Shown: positions 20,312 through 31,601, counted from the first letter of the whole stretch. The stretch: DNA of 61,447 nucleotides, filler included, from an uncultured virus (IMG/VR IMGVR_UViG_3300005239_002421) (6 parts of one record of this genome joined end to end with filler, not necessarily neighbours in it); one strand, 5' to 3'. Notes: generated from the sequence alone by a model not told the origin. A program made the numbers and translations.

Positions 20312-22054
20312 ACCACCTTTAGCGAAATCATCATCTTGCTCTCTATCTTCTTGAGCATCATAATAATCTAAAGTTTCATTATTTAAAGTATCAATCAGAA
20401 TAACATCCATTTTATATAAATATTTACTTCTTTCATTTATAAACTCATCGTATGCTTCATCATAATCATTTCCTCTCCATAAATCATTTCTGCCATCAAG
20501 AGAAACAAGATATCTTCCATCTACCATCCCACCTTTAGCATATTTATTTTTCCATTTATTATTGGCGGTTTTTATATAATCTTCCTTGATGGCTATTTCT
20601 TCAAAATTATCATCATCAACATTATATCCGTGTCGTTCAAATTTTTCTTTCAAATCTTTATCAGTATATCTAACTCTTTTATCATAAGTATATTTAGGGT
20701 CTTTTATTCTGCCGCCTTTTGCATAATCTTCTATAATTACATCATCATAACCTTTTTCTTTCCACTCTTTTGCCAATCTCTCGGCTTCTTCTTCGGTTAA
20801 TTCTTCTCTACCATCTATATCTAAAGGCATATCTCCTACCCACACAATCTTACCACCTTTTGCATAAGATTTTTCATTTACTCTTTTAAGTAAATAAGTC
20901 TGCCAATCTTTCTCATCTTTCGTAAGCATATCTCTTCTACTCTCCCTATTCCAATCCTCTCTAATCTTTCTTCTTTCATCTAAATCAATTCTATCTAAAA
21001 CATAATGAGTGAACCTTTCATAATCTCTATCAAAATCATCATAAGTTTTCATAATCTTACCACCTTTAGCGAACTCTAATTTCTCTTTTTTATAGACTTC
21101 ATATGGAAATACAAATTGAGCAGAATACAACTTCATTTCACCTTTCTTCCAAAGTTCTTTTTCTTTTTCATTAGGTGCAGAAAACTCATCCCAATCACTA
21201 CCTTTTTCGTGCTTTACAAGAGCACTTGTTTGAATAGTATCTTCATCAACATAAAAATCCTCTTCTTTCATATCTGCGTATGAAACAAAATCATTTAAAG
21301 TTTCAAATAAATCTTTTTTATTAGTAAACTTAGTTTTATATGGAAAATCATTTTCACCTAAGTAATATGAATGAAATTGGTCTTGCTCTCCCTCTTCATA
21401 AGAATCTTCATAGAAAGTAACATCAGCACCCTTTATTTGGTATGTTTTTCCTACTTCTCCACCTTCTTCAAGTAAATCCGGATTAACATATTCTTTAGCC
21501 ACCATCATCTTTACGGGTATTTGTCTTTCGACTAAACTATCAACGGCTCCTTGTTCATTATATTCATTACTCATTATATAGCCATCCATACTGCTCCAAA
21601 CTAATCCTTGATTTTCTGCCTCATCCATAAACTCATCATCGCTTAATTCATCAGCATATCTTTTAAATTGATTGTAAGTGAAGAAACCTTCATCTGCATA
21701 CATATCTGCTCTCATATCAATAGCATAAACCCTTTCCTCAATCGTACCGCCTTTAGCAAATTTTGCTTTTTGTTTCTTAGCATCTTGAACGGTTTTGTAT
21801 ATGCCTCCTAAATCTTTCTTGATGTCTTTAATAACATTCTCATTATCCTTAATAGATTTTTTTTCTCTATCAATGCCACTCTCTAAATTGTTAATTTGAT
21901 TTTCAGAACCTGTAATGTCTTTACGAATGCTTTTTATCTCTTCCCTTCCTTCATTGATTTCTTTATCGCCTTTTTTAGCAACATTACCCATAGCTTTAGC
22001 AAGTTCAATTTGACCTCCTCTTTCGTAACTATTATTTCTATTTCCTCTTTTCAT
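20312..22054 (-). CDS. xxGG-repeat polyprotein B (3' end in gap)
   Basis: 8 motifs (YERGG, FAKGG x3, LEEGG, YAKGG x3) separating acidic modules. Confidence 0.8.
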
Positions 22055-22056
22055 AA

Positions 22057-23148
22057 TTATCTTCCTATAAAAAATGCACCAAGTAAAATACCTGCTATCC
22101 CTCCTACAAGTAAAGTTTGATTATTATTATCTTCAGTATTATCAACTTTTTTTGCTTCTACTTTTTCAATTTTATCATCACATTTATCTTTAGTGATAGT
22201 TTCTTTTCTTAAAGCACCTTTTTCCTTCTTTAGTTTAGCAATTTCTTTGTCTTTTTCTCTTCTTAGCTTAACATATCTATCTCTGTCAATTTTACCTTTA
22301 ACAGAACCTCCTCTTGCATATTGTTTTTCTGTATAAAATTCTTTTATGTTATCCTTTAACCCATACTGCTCTTTAAGTTGCTCTTGACTATTTTTACCAT
22401 CATATATTATGTCGCTATTTAACATATAATTTAAATTTTCTACTTCTTTTTCTGCCTCTGCTTTAGATTTATAAAGCATATCCTTATTTGTTGCAAAGAA
22501 ATTTTTATTTTTTGTTCTTCCCTTTATCACATAACCACCTTTTACAGAGCCACCACGAGCCATTTTTCTTTTGCCTTTATCCATTGTAGATACATCTGCA
22601 TACTTTCTTCTGCCCATAGATTTTTCAGTTCCTGCACTTTCTCTCATTCTACTATCTAAAGATTGAGATTTTTTTCCTCTGTTTCTTTCTCCTATGCTTT
22701 CTCTATCTCTGTCATCATAACCTTGAGTTTTACCACCTTCCATAAACATTCTATCTCCATTATCCATAGTTTCTACACTTGAATATGCTCTACGACCTAG
22801 ATTTTTATTAGCTGCTTTGCTTTCATCTCTTCGGTCTTTTAATGTTTGTTTATAATTGCTTTCTCTTCCAAGTCTAGTTCCTAAATCTTCATTTAACTTG
22901 TCGTTATACCCTTGTGGTTTAGCGGTTTCTCCTCCTTTAGCCATCTTTTTCTTATTTGCTATTTGTTGCATATTTAAAGCAAATTGTGCTCTTTCACGAG
23001 TTCTTTCTGAAAAGTCAGTTGGATTATCTTTTACTTTTTTAGCAAAATCTTGAACGGACATACCTGCATCAGTAGCTTGTTTAGTAAACGCACCAACAGT
23101 TCCTTTTTTTTCCATTTCTTTATCTACATTTTGAATCCAATCTGCCAT
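22057..23148 (-). CDS. xxGG-repeat polyprotein C with basic modules and C-terminal TM
   Basis: MAKGG, FMEGG, MARGG, YARGG; duplicated QGY.D..RR.Y..V.TMD module; ends LLVGGIAGILLGAFFIGR. Confidence 0.8.
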   Translation of the reverse strand: MADWIQNVDKEMEKKGTVGAFTKQATDAGMSVQDFAKKVKDNPTDFSERTRERAQFALNMQQIANKKKMAKGGETAKPQGYNDKLNEDLGTRLGRESNYKQTLKDRRDESKAANKNLGRRAYSSVETMDNGDRMFMEGGKTQGYDDRDRESIGERNRGKKSQSLDSRMRESAGTEKSMGRRKYADVSTMDKGKRKMARGGSVKGGYVIKGRTKNKNFFATNKDMLYKSKAEAEKEVENLNYMLNSDIIYDGKNSQEQLKEQYGLKDNIKEFYTEKQYARGGSVKGKIDRDRYVKLRREKDKEIAKLKKEKGALRKETITKDKCDDKIEKVEAKKVDNTEDNNNQTLLVGGIAGILLGAFFIGR

Positions 23149-23152
23149 ATTA

Positions 23153-23653
23153 TTAATTTTTTTTCATTATTAAATAACCTAAAACTAAAACAACTGCTCC
23201 AATACCTAAATACATTGCCATATTGCTATCATCTGAGCCTGATGAAACACCTGCTGCTACACTATCATCGTTTACATCATAAGAGGTCAAGTCATCTGAA
23301 TCAACTCCTAAATCTTCATCTATAACTTCATCAATCTCTTCTTGATTACTTGGTTGTTCCGAAATAGTCATTTCTGATAATTCATCATTAAAATCACTAA
23401 GATTCATAGATGTACCACCTTTTACTGTAACTTCTTTTCCGGGGTATCGTGAGTCTGATGGTCCGTGTTCTCTTAATGTTGCACTATATCCATCTCTTAC
23501 TGAAATATGTGATGCATCATCATTTGGAAAATCAGTATCTCCTAAAAAAGTACCTTCTCCAAAATTTTCTTGCCATCCCGGAAATCTACTATCACCATCT
23601 CCGTGTTGAGATAATGTTACTGCTCCTGTTTGTCCAAACCAAATATCACTCAT
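23153..23653 (-). CDS. Beta/gamma-crystallin domain protein with C-terminal TM
   Basis: Two Greek-key-like repeats: VTLSQH..FPG..NDDASHISV..GY.ATLREH..YPG..NDELS. Confidence 0.7.
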   Translation of the reverse strand: MSDIWFGQTGAVTLSQHGDGDSRFPGWQENFGEGTFLGDTDFPNDDASHISVRDGYSATLREHGPSDSRYPGKEVTVKGGTSMNLSDFNDELSEMTISEQPSNQEEIDEVIDEDLGVDSDDLTSYDVNDDSVAAGVSSGSDDSNMAMYLGIGAVVLVLGYLIMKKN

Positions 23654-23754
23654 ATCTATTTATTTATTAAAAACATTTTTGTTCATATACCATAATCCTA
23701 CGGCTATAATTGACCAAAATACTATTCTAGGTTTTCTTTTCTTTTCTTTTGCCA

Positions 23755-24237
23755 TTATCCTTCAGGGTTAAATGTTGCTTCCGGCAACTCCGGTCTTGGA
23801 GGTGCAGGAGCCATTGGAGCCTCTGCTACAGGTGAAGGCACAGTTTGTTGGGTAGGAGTATAGTCTACTTCTCCACCGTGGTCAAACTCTGCTCCATCTT
23901 CTTTCTCAAAGAATAATTTATATCCTACATAAACAATTCCTAAAAGTACCAATGCATCAAAAATCTCTCTCTTGTTTCTTTGAAAGAAATTTTGTTTCCT
24001 AGACAATTCTTTTTTCTTGTATTGTTTTATGCTACTTTTTTGCATATCCTCAACCCAATCTGAATTTCCATCATCGCTGACTTCCATTTTTCCATCAACG
24101 ACATAAGTTTCTTCAGAATTTTTTTGAGTTTCAGAGCCTTTAGGTTCAGATAGTTTCTTGTCTATAAGACCCCATCTTTCCTGTTCTTCTCTGTCATCTA
24201 CAAAGCCATTACTTTTAAAACCTGCATCTATACTCAT
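23755..24237 (-). CDS. Membrane protein with one FDHGG motif
   Basis: Central TM segment, Pro-rich tail. Confidence 0.65.
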   Translation of the reverse strand: MSIDAGFKSNGFVDDREEQERWGLIDKKLSEPKGSETQKNSEETYVVDGKMEVSDDGNSDWVEDMQKSSIKQYKKKELSRKQNFFQRNKREIFDALVLLGIVYVGYKLFFEKEDGAEFDHGGEVDYTPTQQTVPSPVAEAPMAPAPPRPELPEATFNPEG

Positions 24238-24605
24238 AACTTAATTATTTTTGTTCTCTTGCTACATTTCTACCTTTTTGCCACCCATATCCAAGTGCAA
24301 AAAACATTGCTCCTGTTAACACAAGAGAAACTGCGAAAGTGCCANNNNNNNNNNNNNNNNNNNNNNNNNNNNNNNNNNNNNNNNNNNNNNNNNNNNNNNN
24401 NNNNNNNNNNNNNNNNNNNNNNNNNNNNNNNNNNNNNNNNNNNNNNNNNNNNNNNNNNNNNNNNNNNNNNNNNNNNNNNNNNNNNNNNNNNNNNNNNNNN
24501 NNNNNNNNNNNNNNNNNNNNNNNNNNNNNNNNNNNNNNNNNNNNNNNNNNNNNNNNNNNNNNNNNNNNNNNNNNNNNNNNNNNNNNNNNNNNNNNNNNNN
24601 NNNNN

Positions 24606-24872
24606 ACCAAATTTTCCATCAACTTTTAAACCATAACTTCCTGCATCATTTAAAAATCTTTGTAAATTTTCTACTTTTACTCCTCCGCTACCTTTTTTTA
24701 ATGGAAAGCCTCTTCCTGAAAATTTATCTACTGTTTTAATATTAGGGCTATTATTTGTTCCATTATTACTTGGTGTAATTCTAACTCTACTAGGTCTTAA
24801 TAGATAATATAGACCTACTCCTGTTCCGAGTACACCTACAACTATTAAAGTTATTTTTAAGTTTTTATTCAT
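24606..24872 (-). CDS. TM-anchored peptidoglycan-binding protein (3' in gap)
   Basis: FPLKKGSGGVKVENLQRFLN..LKVDGKFG fits PG_binding_1. Confidence 0.8.
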
Positions 24873-24877
24873 AATTA

Positions 24878-25327
24878 TTAATCGTTAAACCACATTTGGT
24901 CATTATATCCTCCAAAACCTTGTTGATTAAAATTAGAGTATGATTCTCCATCAAATCCTATACTAGTTCTTCCTCTAACGGAGCCACAACTTGCAGGGCT
25001 ATTACTATAATTACCCAAAGAACCACAGTTACCTTGAGATGTTAGTGTTGTAAAGTTTGAACCCGGCATTGGTATTCCCACACCTTGACATCCTTGTGGA
25101 TAGCAAAATCCTGTGTAGGTACAACTTCCATCATCATTATTTGCTCCCGGACTATAATTGTTTGCACTAGAATCAGTACAACCGCTAATAGTATATTCAC
25201 ACGGACAATCAACAGTTGGTGGTGGTGGTGGTGGTGGTACATTTATATTTGCTGCTGCATTAAAGAATTCATCTCTTGAAATGTAAGAGTTAAATCCATC
25301 TTGGTCGTTATTTATTAAAAAAGCCAT
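24878..25327 (-). CDS. Cys-rich GCTD-repeat protein, paralogue of 31602-32060
   Basis: GCTDSSANNYSPGANNDDGSC; ends SNFNQQGFGGYNDQMWFND. Confidence 0.75.
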   Translation of the reverse strand: MAFLINNDQDGFNSYISRDEFFNAAANINVPPPPPPPTVDCPCEYTISGCTDSSANNYSPGANNDDGSCTYTGFCYPQGCQGVGIPMPGSNFTTLTSQGNCGSLGNYSNSPASCGSVRGRTSIGFDGESYSNFNQQGFGGYNDQMWFND

Positions 25328-25345
25328 TTTTTTTTATTTTTTATA

Positions 25346-26119
25346 TTAATAATCTCCCATCATAAAGGTTCCATCAAATCCTCTACTGTAATCAACATTA
25401 ACAGGTGTATTTCCTCCTGTTGTTGGAGTAGTTGGGTTAGAACATCCGACTGTTGCATTAGGATTATAGTTATCTGCCAATGGGTCAGTACATCCTACTA
25501 TTTGAACAGGAGGATATTGACAACTTCCATCATCTGCAACTGCTAAAGAATCATAGTTTAATGCTGAAGGGTCCATACATCCTGCTATTGGCATTGGTGG
25601 TGGATTGTATGCACAAGTACCATTGTCTGATGTAGCATTATAATCAAAATTTAATGCTTGTGGGTCAGTACATCCTAATATAGGAGCAGGTGGATAAAAG
25701 CAACTTCCATCATCAAGTGTTGCTAATGGGTTATAAGTGCTTGAATTTGGGTCTACACAACCTAAAACATCAGCAGGAACTTCAGTAGATGGGTCACCAT
25801 ATTGACATAATGGAAAGCCATTTGCATCTAATATATCAGGCTCTGAATTCGCTAAAGGGTTATAAGTGATTGAATTTGGGTCCATACACCCTACTATAAT
25901 ATTTCCACTACCCGGAACAACAACTTGTCCGGAAGTTGGTAGTGGTGGTACAAATATTGGGTCATCAAGAAGTGGTGGTAACGATGGAACAGTTGGGTCG
26001 ATTGGTGGCAATGTTGGTTCGGTATTGCTTACTATAGCAACCGTTTCATCCTTTTTCTTGTTAAGAAGTAAGTAGGCAGCCACACCGATGCCTAATAATC
26101 CCAATAATTTGTTGTCCAT
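25346..26119 (-). CDS. TM-anchored protein with five GCxD..NY..A..DDGSC-type repeats
   Basis: Repeats read directly; ends RGFDGTFMMGDY. Confidence 0.8.
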   Translation of the reverse strand: MDNKLLGLLGIGVAAYLLLNKKKDETVAIVSNTEPTLPPIDPTVPSLPPLLDDPIFVPPLPTSGQVVVPGSGNIIVGCMDPNSITYNPLANSEPDILDANGFPLCQYGDPSTEVPADVLGCVDPNSSTYNPLATLDDGSCFYPPAPILGCTDPQALNFDYNATSDNGTCAYNPPPMPIAGCMDPSALNYDSLAVADDGSCQYPPVQIVGCTDPLADNYNPNATVGCSNPTTPTTGGNTPVNVDYSRGFDGTFMMGDY

Positions 26120-26125
26120 TTTTCT

Positions 26126-26365
26126 CTATTTTGTTAGTTCTTTCTTTAGTTTTTCAGCATCATTTTCATTAAAACCATCAAGAATTGTTTGCGATGTTCC
26201 GGAAACAGGTGTGGTAGGATTTGTCACATTTGCTACACTACCGTTTGAAATGGCAGTATTTTTAGTAGCAGTTGTGCTTTCTCCTTGTTTACGAGAAAAT
26301 ATCCTGTGAAGGATAAATGTTGCAGCAATGGCTCCGATGATATATGTTAATGGTACTTTTTTCAT
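26126..26365 (-). CDS. Small N-terminal TM protein
   Basis: Single TM segment. Confidence 0.6.
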   Translation of the reverse strand: MKKVPLTYIIGAIAATFILHRIFSRKQGESTTATKNTAISNGSVANVTNPTTPVSGTSQTILDGFNENDAEKLKKELTK

Positions 26366-26565
26366 TACTATTTTTTCTTTCTAGCTTTTTTTTCTTCAAC
26401 TACAGGCTCTTCTACAACAGGTGGTGGTGGAGGAGGTGCCGGTAATTCTCCTGTTAAATCTACAGTTCCATAAGTATTAATTTCTTTTACTCCCCATCCT
26501 AATGCTTTATAATGCTTAAACATTCTGCTTTTTTGTCTTGCGTTCATAGTTTTTAATTTTTTTAA

Positions 26566-26820
26566 TTATTTCCAAAATTTAACTACTGCGGTAATTATAA
26601 TACCCCATATTGTAGTTACGGCAGTTACTCCTCCCATAATTTTGTTTTTAAATGTTTTATCTTCGGCTATGTACTCAGAGTGCTCATTTACTTGTTCAAT
26701 CAATCCTTTTTGACCAAACTCTGCATCACCACATACCGCATTAGCTAATCTCTCAATAAGAACACTTTGTTTAGTTAGTTCTTGCTTTATGTATGTTATA
26801 TTCTCTTTTTGCGTTGCCAT
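26566..26820 (-). CDS. Coiled-coil protein with C-terminal TM (holin/XhlA-like architecture)
   Basis: Likely start MATQKEN; G..EFGQKGLIEQV then TM. Confidence 0.5.
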   Translation of the reverse strand: MATQKENITYIKQELTKQSVLIERLANAVCGDAEFGQKGLIEQVNEHSEYIAEDKTFKNKIMGGVTAVTTIWGIIITAVVKFWK

Positions 26821-26822
26821 AA

Positions 26823-27101
26823 TTACATTGCTACTACTATACCTGTGCTTCCTGCTCCACAAGCAATATCCAATACACCTAAATTTCTATTATCAGGATT
26901 TTGGATTGTTATACTTTCATTTGCTTTTAAAACAATATTATTTGAATCATCCCCTCCTATACTTCCTGTGCCTAGAATAGTAATTCCATTGGCTCCCGTA
27001 TTATCTGTTTTACATAAGACAGAAATATATGTTATTCCCATACTTAATGTTGTAGATACCGTGTCAGTTGCGGCTAGGGTTCTTGTAAATATTGCACTCA
27101 T
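26823..27101 (-). CDS. Small all-beta protein (spike/penton-like domain candidate)
   Basis: Alternating beta pattern, IVLKANESITI. Confidence 0.45.
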   Translation of the reverse strand: MSAIFTRTLAATDTVSTTLSMGITYISVLCKTDNTGANGITILGTGSIGGDDSNNIVLKANESITIQNPDNRNLGVLDIACGAGSTGIVVAM

Positions 27102-27102
27102 A

Positions 27103-27543
27103 TTATCCTATATTTCCTAATATCTCTTCAGGCTTATCGAATAGCCAATTAAAAGATATTTGTTTAAAAAATTCGTTGTTGTGATAGGCTAACATATATA
27201 CTTTATTAGCATCGCTATCTTTTGTCACTATTATAGATGACATTTCGTTTACATCTGTGTTTTTTTCTTCTGCTAATCTTATAATAGATTGTTGTAAAAA
27301 AGGTGCGGTTAAAAACTCTCTTTGTTTAAAGTCAAACTTTACATCTAAAATTTCATTGAAAGTTAAGTCACTTATTTTTTCATAATCTTTCATATAAGAA
27401 TATAAAACACTTTTCCCGTTAAACTTAATAACGAGTTGAATGTTTTTTGCATCACAATTGTTTTTATCAGACAACCTTTTTAGAGCATTGCTCATTATGT
27501 CAATCGCTGAATTTACTATTTGTGCTTTTAGTGCCGTGTTCAT
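27103..27543 (-). CDS. Hypothetical protein
   Basis: 146-aa ORF; TATTTTTG element at 27561-27568. Confidence 0.65.
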   Translation of the reverse strand: MNTALKAQIVNSAIDIMSNALKRLSDKNNCDAKNIQLVIKFNGKSVLYSYMKDYEKISDLTFNEILDVKFDFKQREFLTAPFLQQSIIRLAEEKNTDVNEMSSIIVTKDSDANKVYMLAYHNNEFFKQISFNWLFDKPEEILGNIG

Positions 27544-27595
27544 CTTCTAGTTTTTATTTTCAAAAATAATAAAATTATTCAATTTATCCATTTTT

Positions 27596-28081
27596 TTAGC
27601 CTATAAAATCACTTGTAGATGCCGTAACATCAATAGGTAAATTATTTATAGTTACTATTCCTGCTCTTACATCTAAGCTACCTCTAAGAGTTGCCATTCC
27701 CGGTGTCTTATCTACTAATTGATTTATTATTGTTGCAATACCTAATGATAATGATAAATTAGTGTCTGCATTCGCTACTACAGGAATTATTACTGAACCT
27801 TTTGCAGGAATATTATATTCTTTATCATCAGATGATTTTGCAACTATCTTATTATCAATAATTAAATCAAATTGATACCTTTTTACTTTTATATTAAAAT
27901 CCGCAGTATTTGTGAATTTCATTTGAACTTCTATTTTAGTATTGTTATTAGATGTGCCTAAATATGTTACATTTTTTATCTTATATCCAAATGCTGATAG
28001 CAAATTTCTTTGTCTATTTATATAAGTTGCAAATGCAATACCGGCAGCCCCTAAAAGTGTAATAAACCAATACTTTTTCAT
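27596..28081 (-). CDS. LEA_2/WHy-domain membrane protein
   Basis: N-terminal TM, then F.N...FNIKV..Y.FDL.ID..I...IPAKGSVIIPV. Confidence 0.7.
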   Translation of the reverse strand: MKKYWFITLLGAAGIAFATYINRQRNLLSAFGYKIKNVTYLGTSNNNTKIEVQMKFTNTADFNIKVKRYQFDLIIDNKIVAKSSDDKEYNIPAKGSVIIPVVANADTNLSLSLGIATIINQLVDKTPGMATLRGSLDVRAGIVTINNLPIDVTASTSDFIG

Positions 28082-28087
28082 AGTTAT

Positions 28088-28846
28088 TTAGTCGTTATAA
28101 AATTCCGGTTTTGGTCCTGATGCTTTAATTGCCATATATCCTAATGTTGCAACAACTCCTGCCACTAAGACCCATCCAATAATTTTAGTTGTGCCATCTC
28201 CACCTAATGATGCTTGAGTAGTTGTAGTGGTTGTTCCTGCATTTACATTTGCATTAGGGTCAAATTGTGGAGCCTGTACCCCCGGTTTTGTCATATTTAC
28301 TCCTGTTGAAAACCCTTTATTTATACTATCAAATATATTACCTATTGTACTCCAAGTATTTTGTTTTCTATCATCAATTTGTGCTTGAGTTAAACAAGTA
28401 TTTCTTGAACTAGAAGTCCATCCTGCCGGTTGCTGACCTTTTGGAAATTGTTGACTGATTGGCATACCATTTTGGCAAGTATGATAAGTTCTCATACCAT
28501 CTCCACCAAAAATTCCTGATATAAATCCACCTCCACTAGAACTCTCTTCTGTAGCAGGAACTGTTCCTAAATCTACAGGAGGTAATTCACCTCCATCAAC
28601 AGTATCGTTATCTCCTCCACCAAATATTCCGCCTAAAAATCCGGGGTGATTACTCCAAGCATCATCTTGTACCTCTCCTGTAAAACTATTGTATTCAGCA
28701 GTACCATTTAATCCATCTCCTTGGTCAACAGAATTCGCTTGAGTATCAGGATTACCTCTTAATCCAAAAGGATTTGGTAAAGGATTATGAAATGTATAAT
28801 CTTGGGAATCTCCAAAGAAGTTTAAATATTTATCTTCACTTTTCAT
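28088..28846 (-). CDS. Gly-rich protein with C-terminal TM
   Basis: SFTG and WSNHPGFLGG motifs; TM near the end. Confidence 0.7.
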   Translation of the reverse strand: MKSEDKYLNFFGDSQDYTFHNPLPNPFGLRGNPDTQANSVDQGDGLNGTAEYNSFTGEVQDDAWSNHPGFLGGIFGGGDNDTVDGGELPPVDLGTVPATEESSSGGGFISGIFGGDGMRTYHTCQNGMPISQQFPKGQQPAGWTSSSRNTCLTQAQIDDRKQNTWSTIGNIFDSINKGFSTGVNMTKPGVQAPQFDPNANVNAGTTTTTTQASLGGDGTTKIIGWVLVAGVVATLGYMAIKASGPKPEFYND

Positions 28847-28854
28847 ATCTTTTT

Positions 28855-29502
28855 TTATTTTTTCATTATAAGATAGATAGCAACTGCCCCTAATACTAAT
28901 GCTATAGTTTTATCTACACACTTTTCTTCTCCTTGAATTTTAAAAGGTACTGTATATTGGTCATCTCCACATCCACTTGAAACTACCACAGGTGCCGGTT
29001 GAGGTACTACTATTACGGGCACAGGTACCGTGTCATCAATTACTTCCGGTTCAATTACGGGCTCAGGTGCAAGAACACTAACTTCTGTAGCAAAAAAGAA
29101 ACCTGTTGTTCCATCATCCCAAAGTATTTCGTATCTCTCAGGAAAAGTTTTTTGAATATTTCCTGTTACTGTACCTCTATTAATAATCATTGGTGGGCAA
29201 GGTGGAGCAAAACATTGTACTTGAACCGAAATTCCTACTCTTTGTCCTTTAACTAATCTCATTGGCTTAACTCCTCCTGTATTAGGTACAGGTGGTAGCA
29301 CATATCCTATATCATTAGCTATTTGTTCAGCAGTTGAGCCCGGAGCAGGTAATCCTGCCGCTATAGGTGCTCCTGTAGGTATAACTCCTCTATCTACGAT
29401 AAAATTTCCTCCATTATCTTGTGGACATCCCCCGTATATAGCATCACAACTAATTCCGTTAAAAGTTTCTCCTGATTGATTGAACCATAATGTATTTTCC
29501 AT
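28855..29502 (-). CDS. Cys/Pro-rich protein with C-terminal TM
   Basis: Starts MENTLWFNQSG; QCFAPPCP. Confidence 0.7.
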   Translation of the reverse strand: MENTLWFNQSGETFNGISCDAIYGGCPQDNGGNFIVDRGVIPTGAPIAAGLPAPGSTAEQIANDIGYVLPPVPNTGGVKPMRLVKGQRVGISVQVQCFAPPCPPMIINRGTVTGNIQKTFPERYEILWDDGTTGFFFATEVSVLAPEPVIEPEVIDDTVPVPVIVVPQPAPVVVSSGCGDDQYTVPFKIQGEEKCVDKTIALVLGAVAIYLIMKK

Positions 29503-29512
29503 ATTCTTTTTT

Positions 29513-30812
29513 TTAATAATCTCCTAGCATAAACTCTCCATCAAATCCTCTTGTGGGTGTAGCTATATTNNNNNNNNNNNNNNNNNNNNAAACCTCTTGT
29601 TGAGGAAGATATGTTTGTATTGTTTTTAATTTGTGTTTGTATTGGTTTAGTCGGTAACGGTGGCAATGTTGGACTCGTAGGTCTTGTCGGTCTTGTTGAA
29701 CCTTGTTCGCAACATCTTTTTAGTATATCGTATGCCTGATTATATGATAGTGTAAATCCAATACCTGCTGCATAAGTAGTAAATGTGCTTACTACATTTG
29801 GTATAGCAGTTTGTGGCTGACCGAATGCACTAGCATTTCTGAATTGTATGCAAAATTCTTCAGGTACATTTTCACAAGAATAATCGCCTGATTGGTTAGA
29901 TGGTTCACAACAAGAACAATAATCTGTTCCATTTGCTTGGTCATAGTACCAAGTTCCTGTATTTGGATTCCAACTTACAGGGAAACTTCCATTTCCGGCT
30001 CTACATCTATCACAGTAATTATTTTTACCATAGTTATAATTTGGCTGACCAATTGTTCCTCCCATTGCAAGATTTACCCAATTTGGGTCATTACAAGGGT
30101 TATCACCTGTGTTACCATCACGACAACATTTTTGTAATAAACCATATGCTTGGTCATAAGTAAGAGTAACTCCATAACCACTTGCGTAAGTAATAAATGG
30201 TATTACAGTTCCTTGCATATTAGGTGAATCTTTTCCAAATGCAAATGCTTGATTAAACTTAATGCACCATTCTTGTGTTACATATGAGCAATCAAAAGAA
30301 ATCGGGTCATCTGTAGGCTCATCTATTGGTAATTCATAACCTTTACATAAGCATCTTTCAGCTAATAAAGCCTTTGCTTGTGCGTTGTCAATATTATACA
30401 TTGATGCTACTGTAGCAGCTATTGTATTCATAGCACCGCCATTTCCTGAAATATAGGCTTGATAATATTTATCACAATATGCATCAACATTTGAATAATC
30501 ATTTACAGGAGGTACTGAAATAGAAGGTCTTACAGGTCTTACAGGTTGAGCCGTTTGACCCAATGGTATTTCACGATTATATACTTGAGGTATTGATGGT
30601 TCTATACCACCTGTACTTAAAAGCATATCTATGTAAGAAATTTTGTTTACTAGAAGTTGTTGCCATTCAGGGTATGTTCCTGCTGATGCTAATCCATTAA
30701 GTGTATTAACATTTACATTTCTTCTGTTTTGTAAAAATGAAACCCCAAACTTTTTAAATCCATCAATCATATTGTTCTGAAATATAACGGATGGTTGAAT
30801 ATCTTCGTTCAT
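29513..30812 (-). CDS. Cys-rich repeat protein
   Basis: Likely start MNEDIQ; three C..QA...LL..C(C) helical repeats; frame after the gap ends RGFDGEFMLGDY*. Confidence 0.7.
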
Positions 30813-30813
30813 A

Positions 30814-31308
30814 TTATATATTATTTTTATTACCAAACAATCCTTTAGTGTAAGCATAGTATATACCACCTGCTGCTAAAAGCAATACAATTATAAGTTT
30901 GGTATTACTACTACCCATTCCTGCTTCTAATACATCTCCCTCAGCCCCTGTTGTTTCAACTGAACTTGTAACTTCTGTATCATCAGAAGTAGATGCGGCA
31001 CAATCCTTATAAAAATCAAGCCTGTCTTGATTAGATGCAAATTTCATTGTCATAGCTGCATCTACACAACTTTGTGGAATTTTAGTTGTTGTCCCACCCT
31101 CTCTAAAACCTGCATTTGGGTTATTAGGATTACCACCTCTTCTATTAGGTGGATTTGTTCTTGCATTTATATAATCTTCAACCTCAGAGTTCATTTCTAT
31201 TTCACCTGATGCTACTGCATCTTGAACTACCCTTATTTGGGCTGCACGAACTGCCGGTGAGTCAAATCGGCTTCCACCTTGATTGCTTCTTCCTCTTATA
31301 AATGCCAT
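30814..31308 (-). CDS. C-terminal TM protein
   Basis: Ends EAGMG..LLAAGGIYYAYTKGLFG. Confidence 0.7.
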   Translation of the reverse strand: MAFIRGRSNQGGSRFDSPAVRAAQIRVVQDAVASGEIEMNSEVEDYINARTNPPNRRGGNPNNPNAGFREGGTTTKIPQSCVDAAMTMKFASNQDRLDFYKDCAASTSDDTEVTSSVETTGAEGDVLEAGMGSSNTKLIIVLLLAAGGIYYAYTKGLFGNKNNI

Positions 31309-31365
31309 ATTCTATTTATTTTTTAAAATATTTTTGATAAGCTAGTAAACCAATTACACCGGCAG

Positions 31366-31578
31366 CTACACCAATCCAATAATTTTTTCACTAAAAATAT
31401 TTGTGTATGAATCTCCATCTCCACTCATTCTTCTATATCCTCTTCTGCTTCCTCCTGCTGAAGAACCTGATTTACCTGTGCATTGATAACCACTACATCC
31501 TCCACATCCTTTTGGACATCCTACATTTGCATCACAGTAATAATTACTACACGGTTTTTTACTTGCATTAATTGCCAT
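31366..31578 (-). CDS. Small Cys/Gly-rich protein
   Basis: Six Cys in about 25 aa. Confidence 0.55.
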   Translation of the reverse strand: MAINASKKPCSNYYCDANVGCPKGCGGCSGYQCTGKSGSSAGGSRRGYRRMSGDGDSYTNIFSEKIIGLV

Positions 31579-31601
31579 ATCTTCTGTTTTTTCGTTAATT
31601 A

